A stretch of 64,000 bases of DNA from assembly GCA_963674945.2 (NCBI GenBank), contig CAXXWQ010000004.1, positions 1,376,001 through 1,440,000 on the forward strand. Direction: 5' to 3'. Numbering within the stretch: position 1 is the stretch's first letter; every line of letters starts with the position of its first letter. The DNA is from an uncultured Desulfosarcina sp. Its GTDB lineage: Bacteria; Desulfobacterota; Desulfobacteria; Desulfobacterales; Desulfosarcinaceae. The position numbers were made by a program, and so were the translations under genes. The notes under the pieces were generated by a model. It was not told the origin of the DNA, did no database searches, and was given only the letters and a program-made list of their open reading frames with translations. Of the stretch, positions 10,762 through 21,432 are shown piece after piece.

Positions 10762-11214
10762 ATGGTACCCAGTGTTCCTGGAACTTACATGCTCTTACTG
10801 AAACTCGCCGCTCCCCGTACGGTAAGAATCGGAAAAATCGGAGAGAACGCATTCGAGCCTGGCTATTACTGCTACGTGGGAAGTGCGCTCGGTCCTGGTG
10901 GACTCAAGGCAAGACTTGGCCGTCACGCCAGAATACCGCGCAAGAAACATTGGCACATCGATTACCTTCGGCCCCATGTCGAAGTGGTGGGCGCCCTGAT
11001 CAAACAGAGCCCCCGTAAAGCAGAGTGCCATTTCTCTCAGTGGGTTGCGAAGAGAGCAGCGGCTTGTATAAAAGGGTTCGGGGCCTCGGACTGCCTGTGC
11101 CAGGGCCATTTATACTACCTCGGCAGGTCTTTTAAGAAGGGTGTCTTCACGAATCCGGCCGTGGCCGATCTCCATGTTTCGTGGGTGACGCCAACGGCCC
11201 TTCGGTCTTTTTGA
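10762..11214 (+). CDS. GIY-YIG / Uri superfamily endonuclease (DUF123-like)
   Basis: GTY...GYYCYVGSA, RLGRH, HWHIDYL, GFGASDCxC-x-x-HL. Confidence 0.85.
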   Translation: MVPSVPGTYMLLLKLAAPRTVRIGKIGENAFEPGYYCYVGSALGPGGLKARLGRHARIPRKKHWHIDYLRPHVEVVGALIKQSPRKAECHFSQWVAKRAAACIKGFGASDCLCQGHLYYLGRSFKKGVFTNPAVADLHVSWVTPTALRSF

Positions 11215-11323
11215 ATGATCCTCTTCTGGCCGCATCGGTAACCACCCGCATTTGTTCCGATTTCCATTGCGAAGATCTCTATTTCGGCGTCCATCCCCTC
11301 GGCAGTACCGTGGATAGGGCGGT

Positions 11324-11806
11324 CTACCGATTGTATGGATTGGTCTTGGAAAAGAGATGAAAGTAGATATCCGCGATATAGATGAGCCCGATGGGTCTTT
11401 CATCTACCAAAACAGGCAGTCGACGAAACTTGTTTTTGATCAATCGATCCAAAACAATCATGATGTGATCATCCATATTGGCACCCTGAACGTTGTAGGA
11501 CATGATATTGTGAACTTTTTTCCCCTGAAAGGAATCGATAAGGCTCTTGATTTGCCCTCTCCAGTTCAACGTTTCGCCATCGATGCCACAGTTCAAGTAC
11601 TCCGGCCGGAGATGGTACAACACATCAAACATCGTCACGATGCCGACGAGCTTTTGTGTATCGTCGACAACCAATAGCGTATCGTTTTTGTGCCCGGACT
11701 TCCTTACAGCACCGTTGGAAATCTTGAATATGGCTTCTTCGGCATGTGCGTCTTCATGAATCGTATCAAAATCCGTGACCATAATGTCTTTGACGAATAA
11801 TGTCAT
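11324..11806 (-). CDS. CBS-domain pair protein
   Basis: VKDIM, LVVDD...LVGIVT, RRLPV...IGLI. Confidence 0.85.
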   Translation of the reverse strand: MTLFVKDIMVTDFDTIHEDAHAEEAIFKISNGAVRKSGHKNDTLLVVDDTQKLVGIVTMFDVLYHLRPEYLNCGIDGETLNWRGQIKSLIDSFQGKKVHNIMSYNVQGANMDDHIMIVLDRLIKNKFRRLPVLVDERPIGLIYIADIYFHLFSKTNPYNR

Positions 11807-11985
11807 ATTCTTTTATTGCTCCTTTACCAATGAAAAGAAGACCAAGGGTACGCTGTACCAAAAGACTGACCGAAAAGACGATATATACCTTTTAGCGTCC
11901 ATGAAATGCAAGAATCTATTGAGACTTTTCGCCGTAGTATAAAAGAAAAAACCGGATCCACACAATCCCCGATTGCGATTCGCTG

Positions 11986-12981
11986 CTATGGCATGCTGGC
12001 GGACCCTGCCGTCAATAGGCGGAACCGGTCGATCAGTCCTGCCATATCGTCCGGAATGGGGGCCGTTGCCGTTATGGGCACTTTCGTTACCGGATGGGTG
12101 ATGCGAAGACGAAAGGCGTGAAGCATCTGGCGGCCGGCTTGCACAGCCGAATCAGCCATGGACCTGCTCTCTTTTTCCAGTTGTTTGATCGCTCCCCGGG
12201 TTTTGTATATGGAATCTCCGATCACCGGATGGCCAAGTGCCTGGCAATGTACCCGGATCTGGTGGGTCCGACCGGTGCGGATGTCCAATCTCAGAAGAGC
12301 TGCACCCACAAATGTTTCTTGCACACGGTAATGGGTAAATGCCCCCCTGGGCGTATGGGTATGAATGGACATTTTTTTTCGATCGTTATGGTGTCGGCCG
12401 ATGGGCAGGTCGATGGTTCCCTCAGCGGAGGATGGGATACCGTAGACCAGTGCCAGGTAGTGCTTTTGAACGGCCCGCGATTTGAATTGTGCCGCCAGAT
12501 GGCGCATGGCGCAGGCGGTCTTGGCAACCACCAGCGCGCCGGAGGTGTCCTTGTCCAGGCGGTGAACGATTCCTGGCCGGACGGTTCCGGAAATGCCCGA
12601 AAGCTGAGGACAATGATGCATCAAGGCGTTGACCAGCGTTCCCGTCCGATGCCCCGGAGCGGTGTGTACCACCATGCCCGGTGGCTTGTTGACGATCAGA
12701 AGTTCATTGTCCTCGAAAAGAATATCCAGGGGGATCGCTTCTGCCCGATACGAAGATTGTGTATCAGGGGGTGGAATCCGACCGAGGATCTCTTCTCCGG
12801 CTTTGACCGAATAACCGGGCTTTTTGGTGGTGCCATCCACGGTAACGCTGCCCTGGCGGATCAATGTCGCGGCGAAAGATCGGGAGAGTTGTTCGATTTC
12901 AGCAGCGATGATCGTATCCAGTCGGTACCCGGCCTGGACTTGCGCCACGCGGATCGTAAAAGACGACGGTATACTGGCCAT
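11986..12981 (-). CDS. rluD: RluA family pseudouridine synthase (RluD-like, with S4 domain)
   Basis: RLD S4 motif, VNKPPGMVVH, catalytic HRLDKDTSG, TGRTHQIRVH. Confidence 0.93.
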   Translation of the reverse strand: MASIPSSFTIRVAQVQAGYRLDTIIAAEIEQLSRSFAATLIRQGSVTVDGTTKKPGYSVKAGEEILGRIPPPDTQSSYRAEAIPLDILFEDNELLIVNKPPGMVVHTAPGHRTGTLVNALMHHCPQLSGISGTVRPGIVHRLDKDTSGALVVAKTACAMRHLAAQFKSRAVQKHYLALVYGIPSSAEGTIDLPIGRHHNDRKKMSIHTHTPRGAFTHYRVQETFVGAALLRLDIRTGRTHQIRVHCQALGHPVIGDSIYKTRGAIKQLEKESRSMADSAVQAGRQMLHAFRLRITHPVTKVPITATAPIPDDMAGLIDRFRLLTAGSASMP

Positions 12982-13005
12982 GTTGGGGGACGAAAGCGGT
13001 AAACG

Positions 13006-13554
13006 CTATGAGGCTTTATTGTCCTTGAAGAGTTTTTCGATCTCCTTTAGGACGGCCTTCTCGCTGGCATCTTTTGCCGTTGAAAGTTCTTTGACGAGGA
13101 GATTCTGGGCGGTATCATAGAGCTTTCGCTCTCCGAAAGAGAGATCCTTGGTCGTCTTCAAGAGAGACAGATCCCGGTAGACCTCGGCGACTTCGAACAA
13201 TGAGCCGGTCTTGATCTTTTCCATATACTCTCGGTAGCGTCGATTCCATGTCTGATTGTCCATGGGTTGTTCTTGCCTGGATCGCATCACATCGAATATT
13301 TTGGGAATTTCTTCCTTTTTAATAACGTCCCGCAATCCAACCGACTCGACGTTCCAAGTGGGAATCATGATGACCATGGCGTTTTCGATGATCTTCATGA
13401 TGTAAAAATTATGCTCTTCCCCATTTACCACCTTGGTTTCGATGGCTTCGATGCGCCCCACACCGTGGGCAGGGTAAACGGCGAGATCACCAACTTTGAA
13501 CTCTCTTTGTACTTCAGATTCTTTCGCGCTGTCATTGACCGATTTATCTGCCAT
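13006..13554 (-). CDS. carD: CarD/CdnL family transcription factor
   Basis: FKVGDLAVYPAHGVGRI, QTWNRRYRE, LSFGERK. Confidence 0.93.
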   Translation of the reverse strand: MADKSVNDSAKESEVQREFKVGDLAVYPAHGVGRIEAIETKVVNGEEHNFYIMKIIENAMVIMIPTWNVESVGLRDVIKKEEIPKIFDVMRSRQEQPMDNQTWNRRYREYMEKIKTGSLFEVAEVYRDLSLLKTTKDLSFGERKLYDTAQNLLVKELSTAKDASEKAVLKEIEKLFKDNKAS

Positions 13555-13799
13555 GTAGGTACCACTATAGGGGGGAAACACCACCCGTAAGCGAAGGGTT
13601 TTCCCGAATCATGTATCGGGACTCTTGGCGGCCACACCAACTTGTATTCTGTAAGTCTATTCCGTATTCTTAGCTTCCCGCCGCCTTCGTTGGGAAACGA
13701 AAACAAACCTATGGAATAACAAAATATACCACTGCCACTGCCAATAATCAATAAAAAAAGGATTGGCACCATCTCCGTGCCAATCCTTTTGGACAACAA

Positions 13800-13823
13800 C
13801 CTATGCGGGAAATCCCGCAGGGT
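13800..13823 (-). terminator. Putative terminator hairpin after hppA
   Basis: tgcggg-aaat-cccgca stem lies just past the hppA stop. The U-tract is weak. Confidence 0.45.
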
Positions 13824-13828
13824 TCACA

Positions 13829-15844
13829 TTACAGCAAGAACGGAACCATCAACAAGGCGACGACGTTGAGGATCTTGATCATCGGGTTGATGGCAGGGCC
13901 GGCGGTATCCTTGTAGGGGTCGCCGACAGTGTCACCGGTAACGGCAGCTTTGTGGGCATCACTGCCCTTACCGCCCAGATGTCCGTCTTCGATGTATTTC
14001 TTTGCATTGTCCCAGGCAGCACCACCGGTGGTCATGGACAGGGCCACGAACACGCCGGTAACGATGGAGCCGATGAGCAGTCCGCCGAGGGCGATCTTGC
14101 CGAGCAGGAGGCCGACGATTAATGGAGCGACGACGGGCAGCAGTGCGGGCACCAGCATCTCCTTGAGGGCGAACTTGGTGACGATGTCCACGCATGCACC
14201 GTAATCGGGTTTGGCGTTTCCTTCCATGATCCCCGGGATCTCGCGGAACTGACGGCGCACTTCCTCGACCACGGCGCCACCGGCCTTACCAACGGCCTTC
14301 ATGGCGATGGAGGCGAACAGGTAGGGCAGCAGACCGCCGATGAACAGACCGACGATGACGTTCACGTCAGAGAGGTCAAACTTGATGGCCTTCTCGGCAC
14401 CCTGCATCTGGAATTCCATAACATAAGCGGCAAACAGTACCAAGGCGGCCAGGCCGGCAGAACCGATGGCGTATCCCTTGGTAACGGCCTTGGTGGTGTT
14501 ACCCACGGCATCCAGCGGATCGGTGACGGCACGGACGCTCTCGTCCATCTCGGCCATCTCTGCGATACCACCGGCGTTGTCGGTGATGGGGCCGTATGCA
14601 TCGATGGCGATGACCATACCGGTCATGGAGAGCATGGACATGGCGGCCATGGCGATACCGTAAAGACCGCCAAAATTATAAGCAAGAAGGATGGAAACAC
14701 AGATGGCCAGTACCGGAGCTGCGGTCGCCTGCATGGAGACGGCCAGGCCGGCAATGATGTTGGTGCCGTGACCCGTCGTGGAGGCGTCGGCAATGCCCTT
14801 TACCGGAGAGTAGATACCGGTGTAGAACTCGGTGATAATGACGATGACGACGGTCAGCACCAGACCGATCAGCGCACAATAATAGATATTCATCGGAGTG
14901 ATGGCTCTTTCCCCGATAACCAGACCCGCCTCGGGCATGAACTTGATGCAAGCATAGTAGAAAGCGACAGCCGCGAGGATAGCGGAACCGAACATACCCT
15001 TGTACAGTGCGCCCATGATGTATCCGCCGCTGCCCAGACGGACGAAGAAGACGGCGATCATGGAGGCGATGATGGAAATGGCGCCGAGGATCAGCGGAAA
15101 CTCGGTGGCCATGGGGACATCGGGGAAGAGCAGGTGGCCGATGAGCATGGCGGCCACGGCGGTGACGGCATAGGTCTCGAACAGGTCGGCGGCCATACCG
15201 GCACAGTCACCCACGTTGTCGCCCACGTTGTCGGCGATGGTGGCGGGGTTTCTGGGGTCGTCTTCGGGGATTCCGGCTTCGACCTTACCAACCAGGTCGG
15301 CGCCGACGTCTGCACCCTTGGTGAAGATACCGCCGCCGAGACGGGCGAAGATGGAGATGAGGCTGCCGCCGAAACCGAGGGCGACCAGGGCGATGACGTC
15401 ATGGGTAGCGGTGTAGTATCCGGCGACGGAGGTCAGGGCCAGCCCGGCGACGATCATCCCGGTAACGGAGCCGCCTTTGAAGGCCATGGACAGGCCGGCG
15501 GACATGCCTTTTTTGGCTGCTTCGGCGGTACGCACGTTGGCCAGAACCGAAACGCGCATGCCGATGTAACCGGCGCAGAAAGAGGCAACGGCACCGATCA
15601 GGAAGCCGATGGCGGTTTTGGCGCCCATGGTGGCGAAGATAACGCCGAAAATAATGATACCTGCGATTCCCATGCTCTTGAGCTGCCGGTTCAGGTAGGC
15701 GATGGCGCCTTCCTGGATAGCGCCGGCGATGGCCTGCATTTTCTCATTTCCAGCCGGAGCGCCTCTGACGACACCAGCAAGAATAATCGAGAAGAGCACA
15801 CCAGCACAGCCGACCAGCGTACACACGAGCGGTATGTTGTTCAT
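13829..15844 (-). CDS. hppA: Membrane-bound pyrophosphatase, K+-independent H+-PPase signature
   Basis: [46 protein letters not shown]. Confidence 0.96.
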   Translation of the reverse strand: MNNIPLVCTLVGCAGVLFSIILAGVVRGAPAGNEKMQAIAGAIQEGAIAYLNRQLKSMGIAGIIIFGVIFATMGAKTAIGFLIGAVASFCAGYIGMRVSVLANVRTAEAAKKGMSAGLSMAFKGGSVTGMIVAGLALTSVAGYYTATHDVIALVALGFGGSLISIFARLGGGIFTKGADVGADLVGKVEAGIPEDDPRNPATIADNVGDNVGDCAGMAADLFETYAVTAVAAMLIGHLLFPDVPMATEFPLILGAISIIASMIAVFFVRLGSGGYIMGALYKGMFGSAILAAVAFYYACIKFMPEAGLVIGERAITPMNIYYCALIGLVLTVVIVIITEFYTGIYSPVKGIADASTTGHGTNIIAGLAVSMQATAAPVLAICVSILLAYNFGGLYGIAMAAMSMLSMTGMVIAIDAYGPITDNAGGIAEMAEMDESVRAVTDPLDAVGNTTKAVTKGYAIGSAGLAALVLFAAYVMEFQMQGAEKAIKFDLSDVNVIVGLFIGGLLPYLFASIAMKAVGKAGGAVVEEVRRQFREIPGIMEGNAKPDYGACVDIVTKFALKEMLVPALLPVVAPLIVGLLLGKIALGGLLIGSIVTGVFVALSMTTGGAAWDNAKKYIEDGHLGGKGSDAHKAAVTGDTVGDPYKDTAGPAINPMIKILNVVALLMVPFLL

Positions 15845-15886
15845 TACACCTTCCATTCTTTCCTCCATTCAGTATTTTGCGTGAAA

Positions 15887-16519
15887 TCAAGGTTTTCTGT
15901 TAAACCGATTCATAGCTTCCCTTGCACCTTCACAAAGGATCATGCGAGCAGCCTCCATGGCCCGTGATAGAAAAGGTTCCAGCGCCCTTTGCTGATCGGG
16001 ATCGAAACACCCGAGAACATAATCCACCACCCCAATGTCACCATCCGGCCGCCCAATGCCCATTCGCACCCTTACGAATGCGTCTGTCCCAAGGGCATCG
16101 ATTAGGGACCTTATTCCATTGTGTCCGCCATCCCCCCCTTTCTCTTTGATTTTTAATCTTTCATAAGCAAGGTCAATGTCATCATGGATAACGACCATAT
16201 CCTCGCATTGGATCCCATAGCGTTGAACGATCTTTCGGACCGGTTCACCGGACCGGTTCATGAAGGCCATTGGTTTTACCACCAGAACCGGTATGTCGTC
16301 GATTGTCCCTTCTTCAACCTCGGCATCGATCCGGCCACGCTCTCTTCTCAGCCCGTATCTCTTTGAGAGCCCGTCGGCGACCATGAAACCGATGTTGTGG
16401 CGTGTCGAAGCATATGCCGATCCCGGATTGCCGAGGCCGATGATCAGATGTCGCCGGAGAATCGACGCTTGACGGCGCCGCACCCGTTGCCAAAACCCGA
16501 AGAGACGTTTCCCTGGCAA
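15887..16519 (-). CDS. pth: Peptidyl-tRNA hydrolase
   Basis: IGLGNPG, TRHNIGF, FMNRSG, HDDID, GGHNG. Start uncertain. Confidence 0.95.
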   Translation of the reverse strand: MPGKRLFGFWQRVRRRQASILRRHLIIGLGNPGSAYASTRHNIGFMVADGLSKRYGLRRERGRIDAEVEEGTIDDIPVLVVKPMAFMNRSGEPVRKIVQRYGIQCEDMVVIHDDIDLAYERLKIKEKGGDGGHNGIRSLIDALGTDAFVRVRMGIGRPDGDIGVVDYVLGCFDPDQQRALEPFLSRAMEAARMILCEGAREAMNRFNRKP

Positions 16520-16521
16520 CG

Positions 16522-17175
16522 TTACTCGGCGTCAGGTGCTTCCGTTGCATCGGCAGCTTCGGCACCTTCTTCGGCCATCTCTTCCTCTTCACCCTCTTCC
16601 TCTTCCTCTTCTTCCACCTTAGTGGAAAGGATCGTCAGAATGGTGAAATTGACGTCTGCGGCGATCTCTATATCGCCTTCCAGTTCCAGATCTTCCACAT
16701 GGAAGGAATCACCGATATCCATATCGGTGATGTCGATGACAATATTTTCGGGGATTTGATCGGGCAGGCAAAACACCTCCAACTCCCGACGGATGATCTG
16801 CAGCATCCCGCCCATTTCCACGCCAACGCTCTTACCGGTGGTTGTCACCGGCACCATGACTTTGATCTTGTGATCCATGGAAACTTCGTACAGATCCAAA
16901 TGAAGCAGCTTCTGGTTGACGGGATTGCGTTGTATTTCTTTGATCATTACGTTGCGGTCACCGCCGGTGCCTTCGATTTCCAGCTTCAACAATTTCTGTG
17001 CAACGGCACCTTTTTTGAAAATCGGATCGAGGGCCGTTTTATCGATTGTCAGCTTGATCGGCTCTGTTTTGGGACCGTATAAAATGGCGGGTATCTTTTC
17101 CTTGGCCCGCAGAACTCTTGCGGGACCGTTTCCCACAGACACCCGCTGACTCGCTTTTAAATGCATTATCTCCAA
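16522..17175 (-). CDS. rplY: 50S ribosomal protein L25/Ctc
   Basis: IPAILYG, HLDLY, GVEMGG, acidic tail; prs-rplY-pth synteny. Confidence 0.95.
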   Translation of the reverse strand: MEIMHLKASQRVSVGNGPARVLRAKEKIPAILYGPKTEPIKLTIDKTALDPIFKKGAVAQKLLKLEIEGTGGDRNVMIKEIQRNPVNQKLLHLDLYEVSMDHKIKVMVPVTTTGKSVGVEMGGMLQIIRRELEVFCLPDQIPENIVIDITDMDIGDSFHVEDLELEGDIEIAADVNFTILTILSTKVEEEEEEEGEEEEMAEEGAEAADATEAPDAE

Positions 17176-17197
17176 AGGTCTGTACCTCCTTATTGGA

Positions 17198-18148
17198 TTA
17201 CACGAACAGGGATGTTACCGAATCCCCGGTGTAACTTCTGATGATGGCCTCCCCCACAAGATTGGATATGGAAAGCACTTTTATTTTCTGGCAAGATTTC
17301 GCCTTGGAATTCAATGGAATGGTATCCGTGCAAACGATGCTGGTGATAGGAGATGAATTGAGTCGCTCCACGGCGGGACCGGAGAGCACCGGATGGGTAC
17401 AGCAAGCGTGGACCTCCCGGGCCCCTTTTTCCACGAGTGCATTCACGGCTTCCATCATGGTACCGGCGGTATCGATCATGTCGTCTTGAATGATGACGGT
17501 CTTATCCTTCACTTCACCGATTACCGCCATGGCCTTGGCCTGGTTGGGAGCCGAACGTCGTTTGTCGATGATGGCCAAACCGGCATCGAGGCGCTTGGCA
17601 AAGGCACGGGCACGCTCCACACCACCAGCATCGGGGGAAACGACCACCAAACCTTCTCGAAATTTGTTTTTTAGGTATTCCAACAACACCGGTGCTGCAT
17701 ACAGGTTGTCAACCGGAATATTGAAGAATCCCTGAATCTGGCCGGCGTGGAGATCCATGGTGATCACCCGGGTGGCACCTGCTGTCGTCAACAGATCGGC
17801 GACGAGCTTGGCACTGATGGGTACCCGAGGCGCAACTTTTTTGTCCTGGCGGGCATATCCATAGTAGGGAATAACCGCGGTGATCCGACGTGCCGACGCC
17901 CGTTTCAGCGCATCCACCACGAGGAGAAGCTCCACGAGGTTGTCGTTTACCGGGTCACACGTGGATTGGACTACGAAGACATCTTTGGTTCGTACATTGT
18001 CTTCGATTTCGACTTGGATCTCGCCGTCGCTGAAACGATTCACGAGTGCGCCACACAAGGGACGGTCCAAATAACCGGCGATCTTGTCCGCCAGATCCGG
18101 ATTGGAATTGCCTGTGAAAATACAGAAATTATTCTTTTTTGAGGCCAC
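17198..18148 (-). CDS. prs: Ribose-phosphate pyrophosphokinase
   Basis: [41 protein letters not shown]. Confidence 0.98.
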   Translation of the reverse strand: MASKKNNFCIFTGNSNPDLADKIAGYLDRPLCGALVNRFSDGEIQVEIEDNVRTKDVFVVQSTCDPVNDNLVELLLVVDALKRASARRITAVIPYYGYARQDKKVAPRVPISAKLVADLLTTAGATRVITMDLHAGQIQGFFNIPVDNLYAAPVLLEYLKNKFREGLVVVSPDAGGVERARAFAKRLDAGLAIIDKRRSAPNQAKAMAVIGEVKDKTVIIQDDMIDTAGTMMEAVNALVEKGAREVHACCTHPVLSGPAVERLNSSPITSIVCTDTIPLNSKAKSCQKIKVLSISNLVGEAIIRSYTGDSVTSLFV

Positions 18149-18178
18149 TTTCTGAACGCGACTCCTGTTACGAAAAAA

Positions 18179-18253
18179 TGGCTGGGGCGGGAGGATTCGA
18201 ACCTCCGAATGCAGGAACCAAAATCCTGTGTCTTTCCACTTGACGACGCCCCA
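18179..18253 (-). tRNA. tRNA-Gln(UUG)
   Basis: Minus strand reads TGGGGCG...CAGGA-TTTTGGT-TCCTG...GGTTCGAATCC...CGCCCCAG-CCA: anticodon TTG, encoded CCA. Sits in the common ispE-tRNA-Gln-prs position. Confidence 0.97.
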
Positions 18254-18301
18254 ACAAAAAAATGCCGGTGTCTGAATCCGGACCCAGATGACGACCGGCC
18301 C

Positions 18302-19174
18302 TCATGTCAACAAATCCGCGACATAAAGCGCCCAATTTTGACTTTGATGATTGTTTTGTAACGCTTTACAAGCTGATTCGGCTCGATGGGAATCTTCGAA
18401 AAGCCCGAATACCGTCGAACCACTGCCAGACATCGACGCCCCAGCCGCGCCATTGGCCAGCAGCAGACGCTTTACCTCATTGATGACCGGAAACGCCGCA
18501 GCCGTCACGGATTCCAGGTCGTTCACCAGCTGTGTGGCGACGTTGAAAAACCGACCATCAAAGTGGAATTTTTTAAGGTCTTTTTCAACTTTTGTCAATC
18601 GTAAATTAAGATTTTTATAAACCCATTGCGTCGATACGGCCAAGTCTGGATAGACCATCAATGCTGTCCAGGGAAGAGTGTGGACAAAGGGTTCGAGCCG
18701 ATCTCCGATACCCGTTGCCACGGCAGGCCTGCCCAGCAAAAAAAAAGGGACGTCGGCGCCCAGCCGGGAAGCCACTTCCACCAGGACAGGCTTGGCGATC
18801 GGTCGGCCAAATTGATCGTTCAAGGCGGATAAGACCGCGGCGGCATCGCTGCTACCACCGCCGAGTCCCGCTCCGACGGGAATTTTCTTTTCGATGTGAA
18901 TGGCCACGCCACCCGATGGTGGAATTTTTCCATTGAAAGCGACATCGTAAAAGCGAAGAGCCGCTTTGGCCGTTAGATTCGATTCGTCTCCGGGAACCAT
19001 CGGGTGGTCACAGGTGACGGAAATTGTATCACCACCGATGGTCAAGGAAAGGGTATCATACAGGGCGACCGGACACATGAGGGAGACAAGGTCGTGATAG
19101 CCATCCGGACGCTTGCCGACGATTCGAAGAAACAGATTGATCTTCGCCGGCGCTTTAAGGGTAACCGATACCAT
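18302..19174 (-). CDS. ispE: 4-diphosphocytidyl-2-C-methyl-D-erythritol kinase
   Basis: APAKINL, GYH, KKIPVGAGLGGGSSDAA, GADVPFF, MSGSGS. Confidence 0.97.
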   Translation of the reverse strand: MVSVTLKAPAKINLFLRIVGKRPDGYHDLVSLMCPVALYDTLSLTIGGDTISVTCDHPMVPGDESNLTAKAALRFYDVAFNGKIPPSGGVAIHIEKKIPVGAGLGGGSSDAAAVLSALNDQFGRPIAKPVLVEVASRLGADVPFFLLGRPAVATGIGDRLEPFVHTLPWTALMVYPDLAVSTQWVYKNLNLRLTKVEKDLKKFHFDGRFFNVATQLVNDLESVTAAAFPVINEVKRLLLANGAAGASMSGSGSTVFGLFEDSHRAESACKALQNNHQSQNWALYVADLLT

Positions 19175-19176
19175 GG

Positions 19177-19320
19177 TTGACGAACTCGCAAAAAACTTTT
19201 CCAGGCCAAAAATAACCAAATAACAGTATTACAAGAGTAACGCATTCTTCCATCATTTGGTCGATGGATAGGAAACGCTTTTTATAAAAAGTCGATTTGA
19301 ATTTGTTTGATGAAGGAGTT
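19177..19320. repeat. Dispersed ~145-bp repeat, copy A
   Basis: Colinear similarity to 33770-33916 (cttttccaggccaaa, cattcttcca, gctttt, ttgatgaa). Confidence 0.8.
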
Positions 19321-19350
19321 CCCTGTACGTCGGATTTCGGATGTCTGGCC

Positions 19351-19665
19351 CTACCCGGTCTCCTTCACATAGTGAATCCGAAGATCATAAAGGATATTTT
19401 TCAGCATGGCGGCCTCGTCCTTGTCCAGATTTCCCCTCGTTTTTTCTTCGAGCATGGAAAGGATGTCGATGGTCTGTTTCGCCATGGCCAGATCCTTTGT
19501 TTTCTTCCCGCTTAGGGGGTCATCCATCATACCCAGTTGGACCAATGCCGACGAGTTGAGAGAGAAAATAAAAGTCGCAAAATTAATCGCAGGCAAGGGT
19601 GAACCCGTCCTTTTGCCCGGGGCCGTGGTCGCTTTGTTCTCCTGGTTTTCTTCTACCATGACCAA
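19351..19665 (-). CDS. DUF1844 family protein
   Basis: LPAINFATFIFSL, AKQTIDILSMLEEKTRGNL, LYDLRIHYV. Confidence 0.85.
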   Translation of the reverse strand: MVMVEENQENKATTAPGKRTGSPLPAINFATFIFSLNSSALVQLGMMDDPLSGKKTKDLAMAKQTIDILSMLEEKTRGNLDKDEAAMLKNILYDLRIHYVKETG

Positions 19666-19671
19666 GTTTCC

Positions 19672-21252
19672 TTAAAATTCGAGTGGGGTGACTGTTTTTA
19701 CCAGAGAAAGGTGTCGCATCTCCTCGACCACATTTTCGGGAATGGGGGTATCGGTGGTCAGGAAAATGATGTTTCTGTCTCCATCCTCCTCTTGGCCCAC
19801 CTGCATCCGGCCGATATTGATGTTGTACCGGCCCAAAGTGGTACCGATCTCTCCAATGGAGCCTGGCTTGTCGATATTTTGAATCAACGCCATGTGACCG
19901 TGGGGAATCATCTCCAGCCGGAACTTATCGATCTTGACGATCCGTGGTTCCTTCTTTCCAAAAATTGTTCCGGAAACGACGCTTTCCATCTCGGTGGTAA
20001 TGGCGCGGACGGTAATCTGGTTCACGTAATAATCCGACTCGGCACTGCTCGTTTCCGTCACCTTGATGCCCCGCTGCTGGGCCAGGACCTGGGCGTTGAC
20101 ATAGTTGACGTCGTCTTTGACCACCGGGGTCAGAATTCCTTTGAGCACCGCCGTCGACACGGGAGTCAGGTCCAGATCCTCAAAATCGCCGTGAAACTCG
20201 ACGATCACTTCCTTGATGGGGCCCTTGACCAGCTGCGCCTGTAAGCAACCCATACGATCGGCCAGCGTCAGGTAGGGACCGATTCTTTCCAGTACTTCTC
20301 CGGTAACCGATGGCATATTCACCGCATTGGTGACGGTACCAACGGTCAGAAGATCGATAATCTGCCGGGCAATGGCCACGGCCACATTGGTCTGCGCCTC
20401 CTTTGTGGAAGCACCCAAATGGGGAGTACAAATCACCCGTTCATGGGTGATCAGGGGGGTCAGCCCCGGCGGTTCAGTCTCGAACACATCCAGGGCCGCC
20501 CCTGCCACCTTACCCGAAACCAGTGCATCGTAAAGCGCCGCCTCGTTGACAATGCCGCCCCGGGCACAATTGATCACCATCACGCCGGGCTTCATTTTTT
20601 CAAATGCAGCCGCATCGAGCATCCCGATGGTATTTTTCAGCTTGGGAACATGAACGGAAATATAGTCGGCGCGAGCGTAGAGGTCGTTTAATTCGACGCA
20701 CTCGAATCCGGCTTTTTGAATCATATCGGGTGTGACGAAAGGATCGTGAATGATCACGTTCATCTTCAGCCCACGGGCACGGTCAGCCACAATGGCTCCG
20801 ATCTTTCCATACCCGATGATACCCAGCACCTTGTTGAAAAGCTCCCGCCCCTGTAGCTTTTTCTTCTCCCAACGGCCATCTCGCAGGGAAGCGGTTCCCA
20901 TGGGAATATTGCGGGTCAAGGCCAGCATCATGGCGATGGCGTGTTCCGCCGTTGTGACCACATTGCCGGTAGGCGTGTTCATTACCACGACGCCGTGACA
21001 CGTGGCTGCCGGGATGTCTACATTGTCGAGACCAATGCCGGCGCGACCGACCACCTTGAGACGCTTCGCCGCTTGTAAAAGATCTTCGGACACCTTGGTG
21101 GCGCTGCGAATCACCAAGGCGTCATAGTCTCCGATGATCGCTTTCAGGGCCTCCGGTGCAAGACCCGTTTTTACGTCAACCTCAATTCCCTGGGCATCCT
21201 GGAACATTTGGATGCCATCCTCACCCAGATTGTCACTTACCAGCACCTTCAT
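19672..21252 (-). CDS. serA: D-3-phosphoglycerate dehydrogenase (ASB and ACT domains)
   Basis: GRAGIGLDNVD, GYGKIG, NCARGG, TPHLGAST, DKPG ACT motif. Confidence 0.97.
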   Translation of the reverse strand: MKVLVSDNLGEDGIQMFQDAQGIEVDVKTGLAPEALKAIIGDYDALVIRSATKVSEDLLQAAKRLKVVGRAGIGLDNVDIPAATCHGVVVMNTPTGNVVTTAEHAIAMMLALTRNIPMGTASLRDGRWEKKKLQGRELFNKVLGIIGYGKIGAIVADRARGLKMNVIIHDPFVTPDMIQKAGFECVELNDLYARADYISVHVPKLKNTIGMLDAAAFEKMKPGVMVINCARGGIVNEAALYDALVSGKVAGAALDVFETEPPGLTPLITHERVICTPHLGASTKEAQTNVAVAIARQIIDLLTVGTVTNAVNMPSVTGEVLERIGPYLTLADRMGCLQAQLVKGPIKEVIVEFHGDFEDLDLTPVSTAVLKGILTPVVKDDVNYVNAQVLAQQRGIKVTETSSAESDYYVNQITVRAITTEMESVVSGTIFGKKEPRIVKIDKFRLEMIPHGHMALIQNIDKPGSIGEIGTTLGRYNINIGRMQVGQEEDGDRNIIFLTTDTPIPENVVEEMRHLSLVKTVTPLEF

Positions 21253-21432
21253 TGCCTGCTTCCTTCTGCGTAACGGGTTTGTTGGCGATACGTGGGGAAA
21301 GCCCATAACTCCTTATGATCATATGGAAAAACAAAAGCCTATTTGCATTTCGATCGAGTAGGTATAGTAGTGAAAAGAATCGGAATATTCAACCCATAAT
21401 TTTCCCCAAGGCGCCCTCTCGTACCGCTCTTT

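Noticed and set aside
14768..15967. 399-aa ORF antisense to hppA
   Set aside because: Shadow frame of a strongly codon-biased gene.
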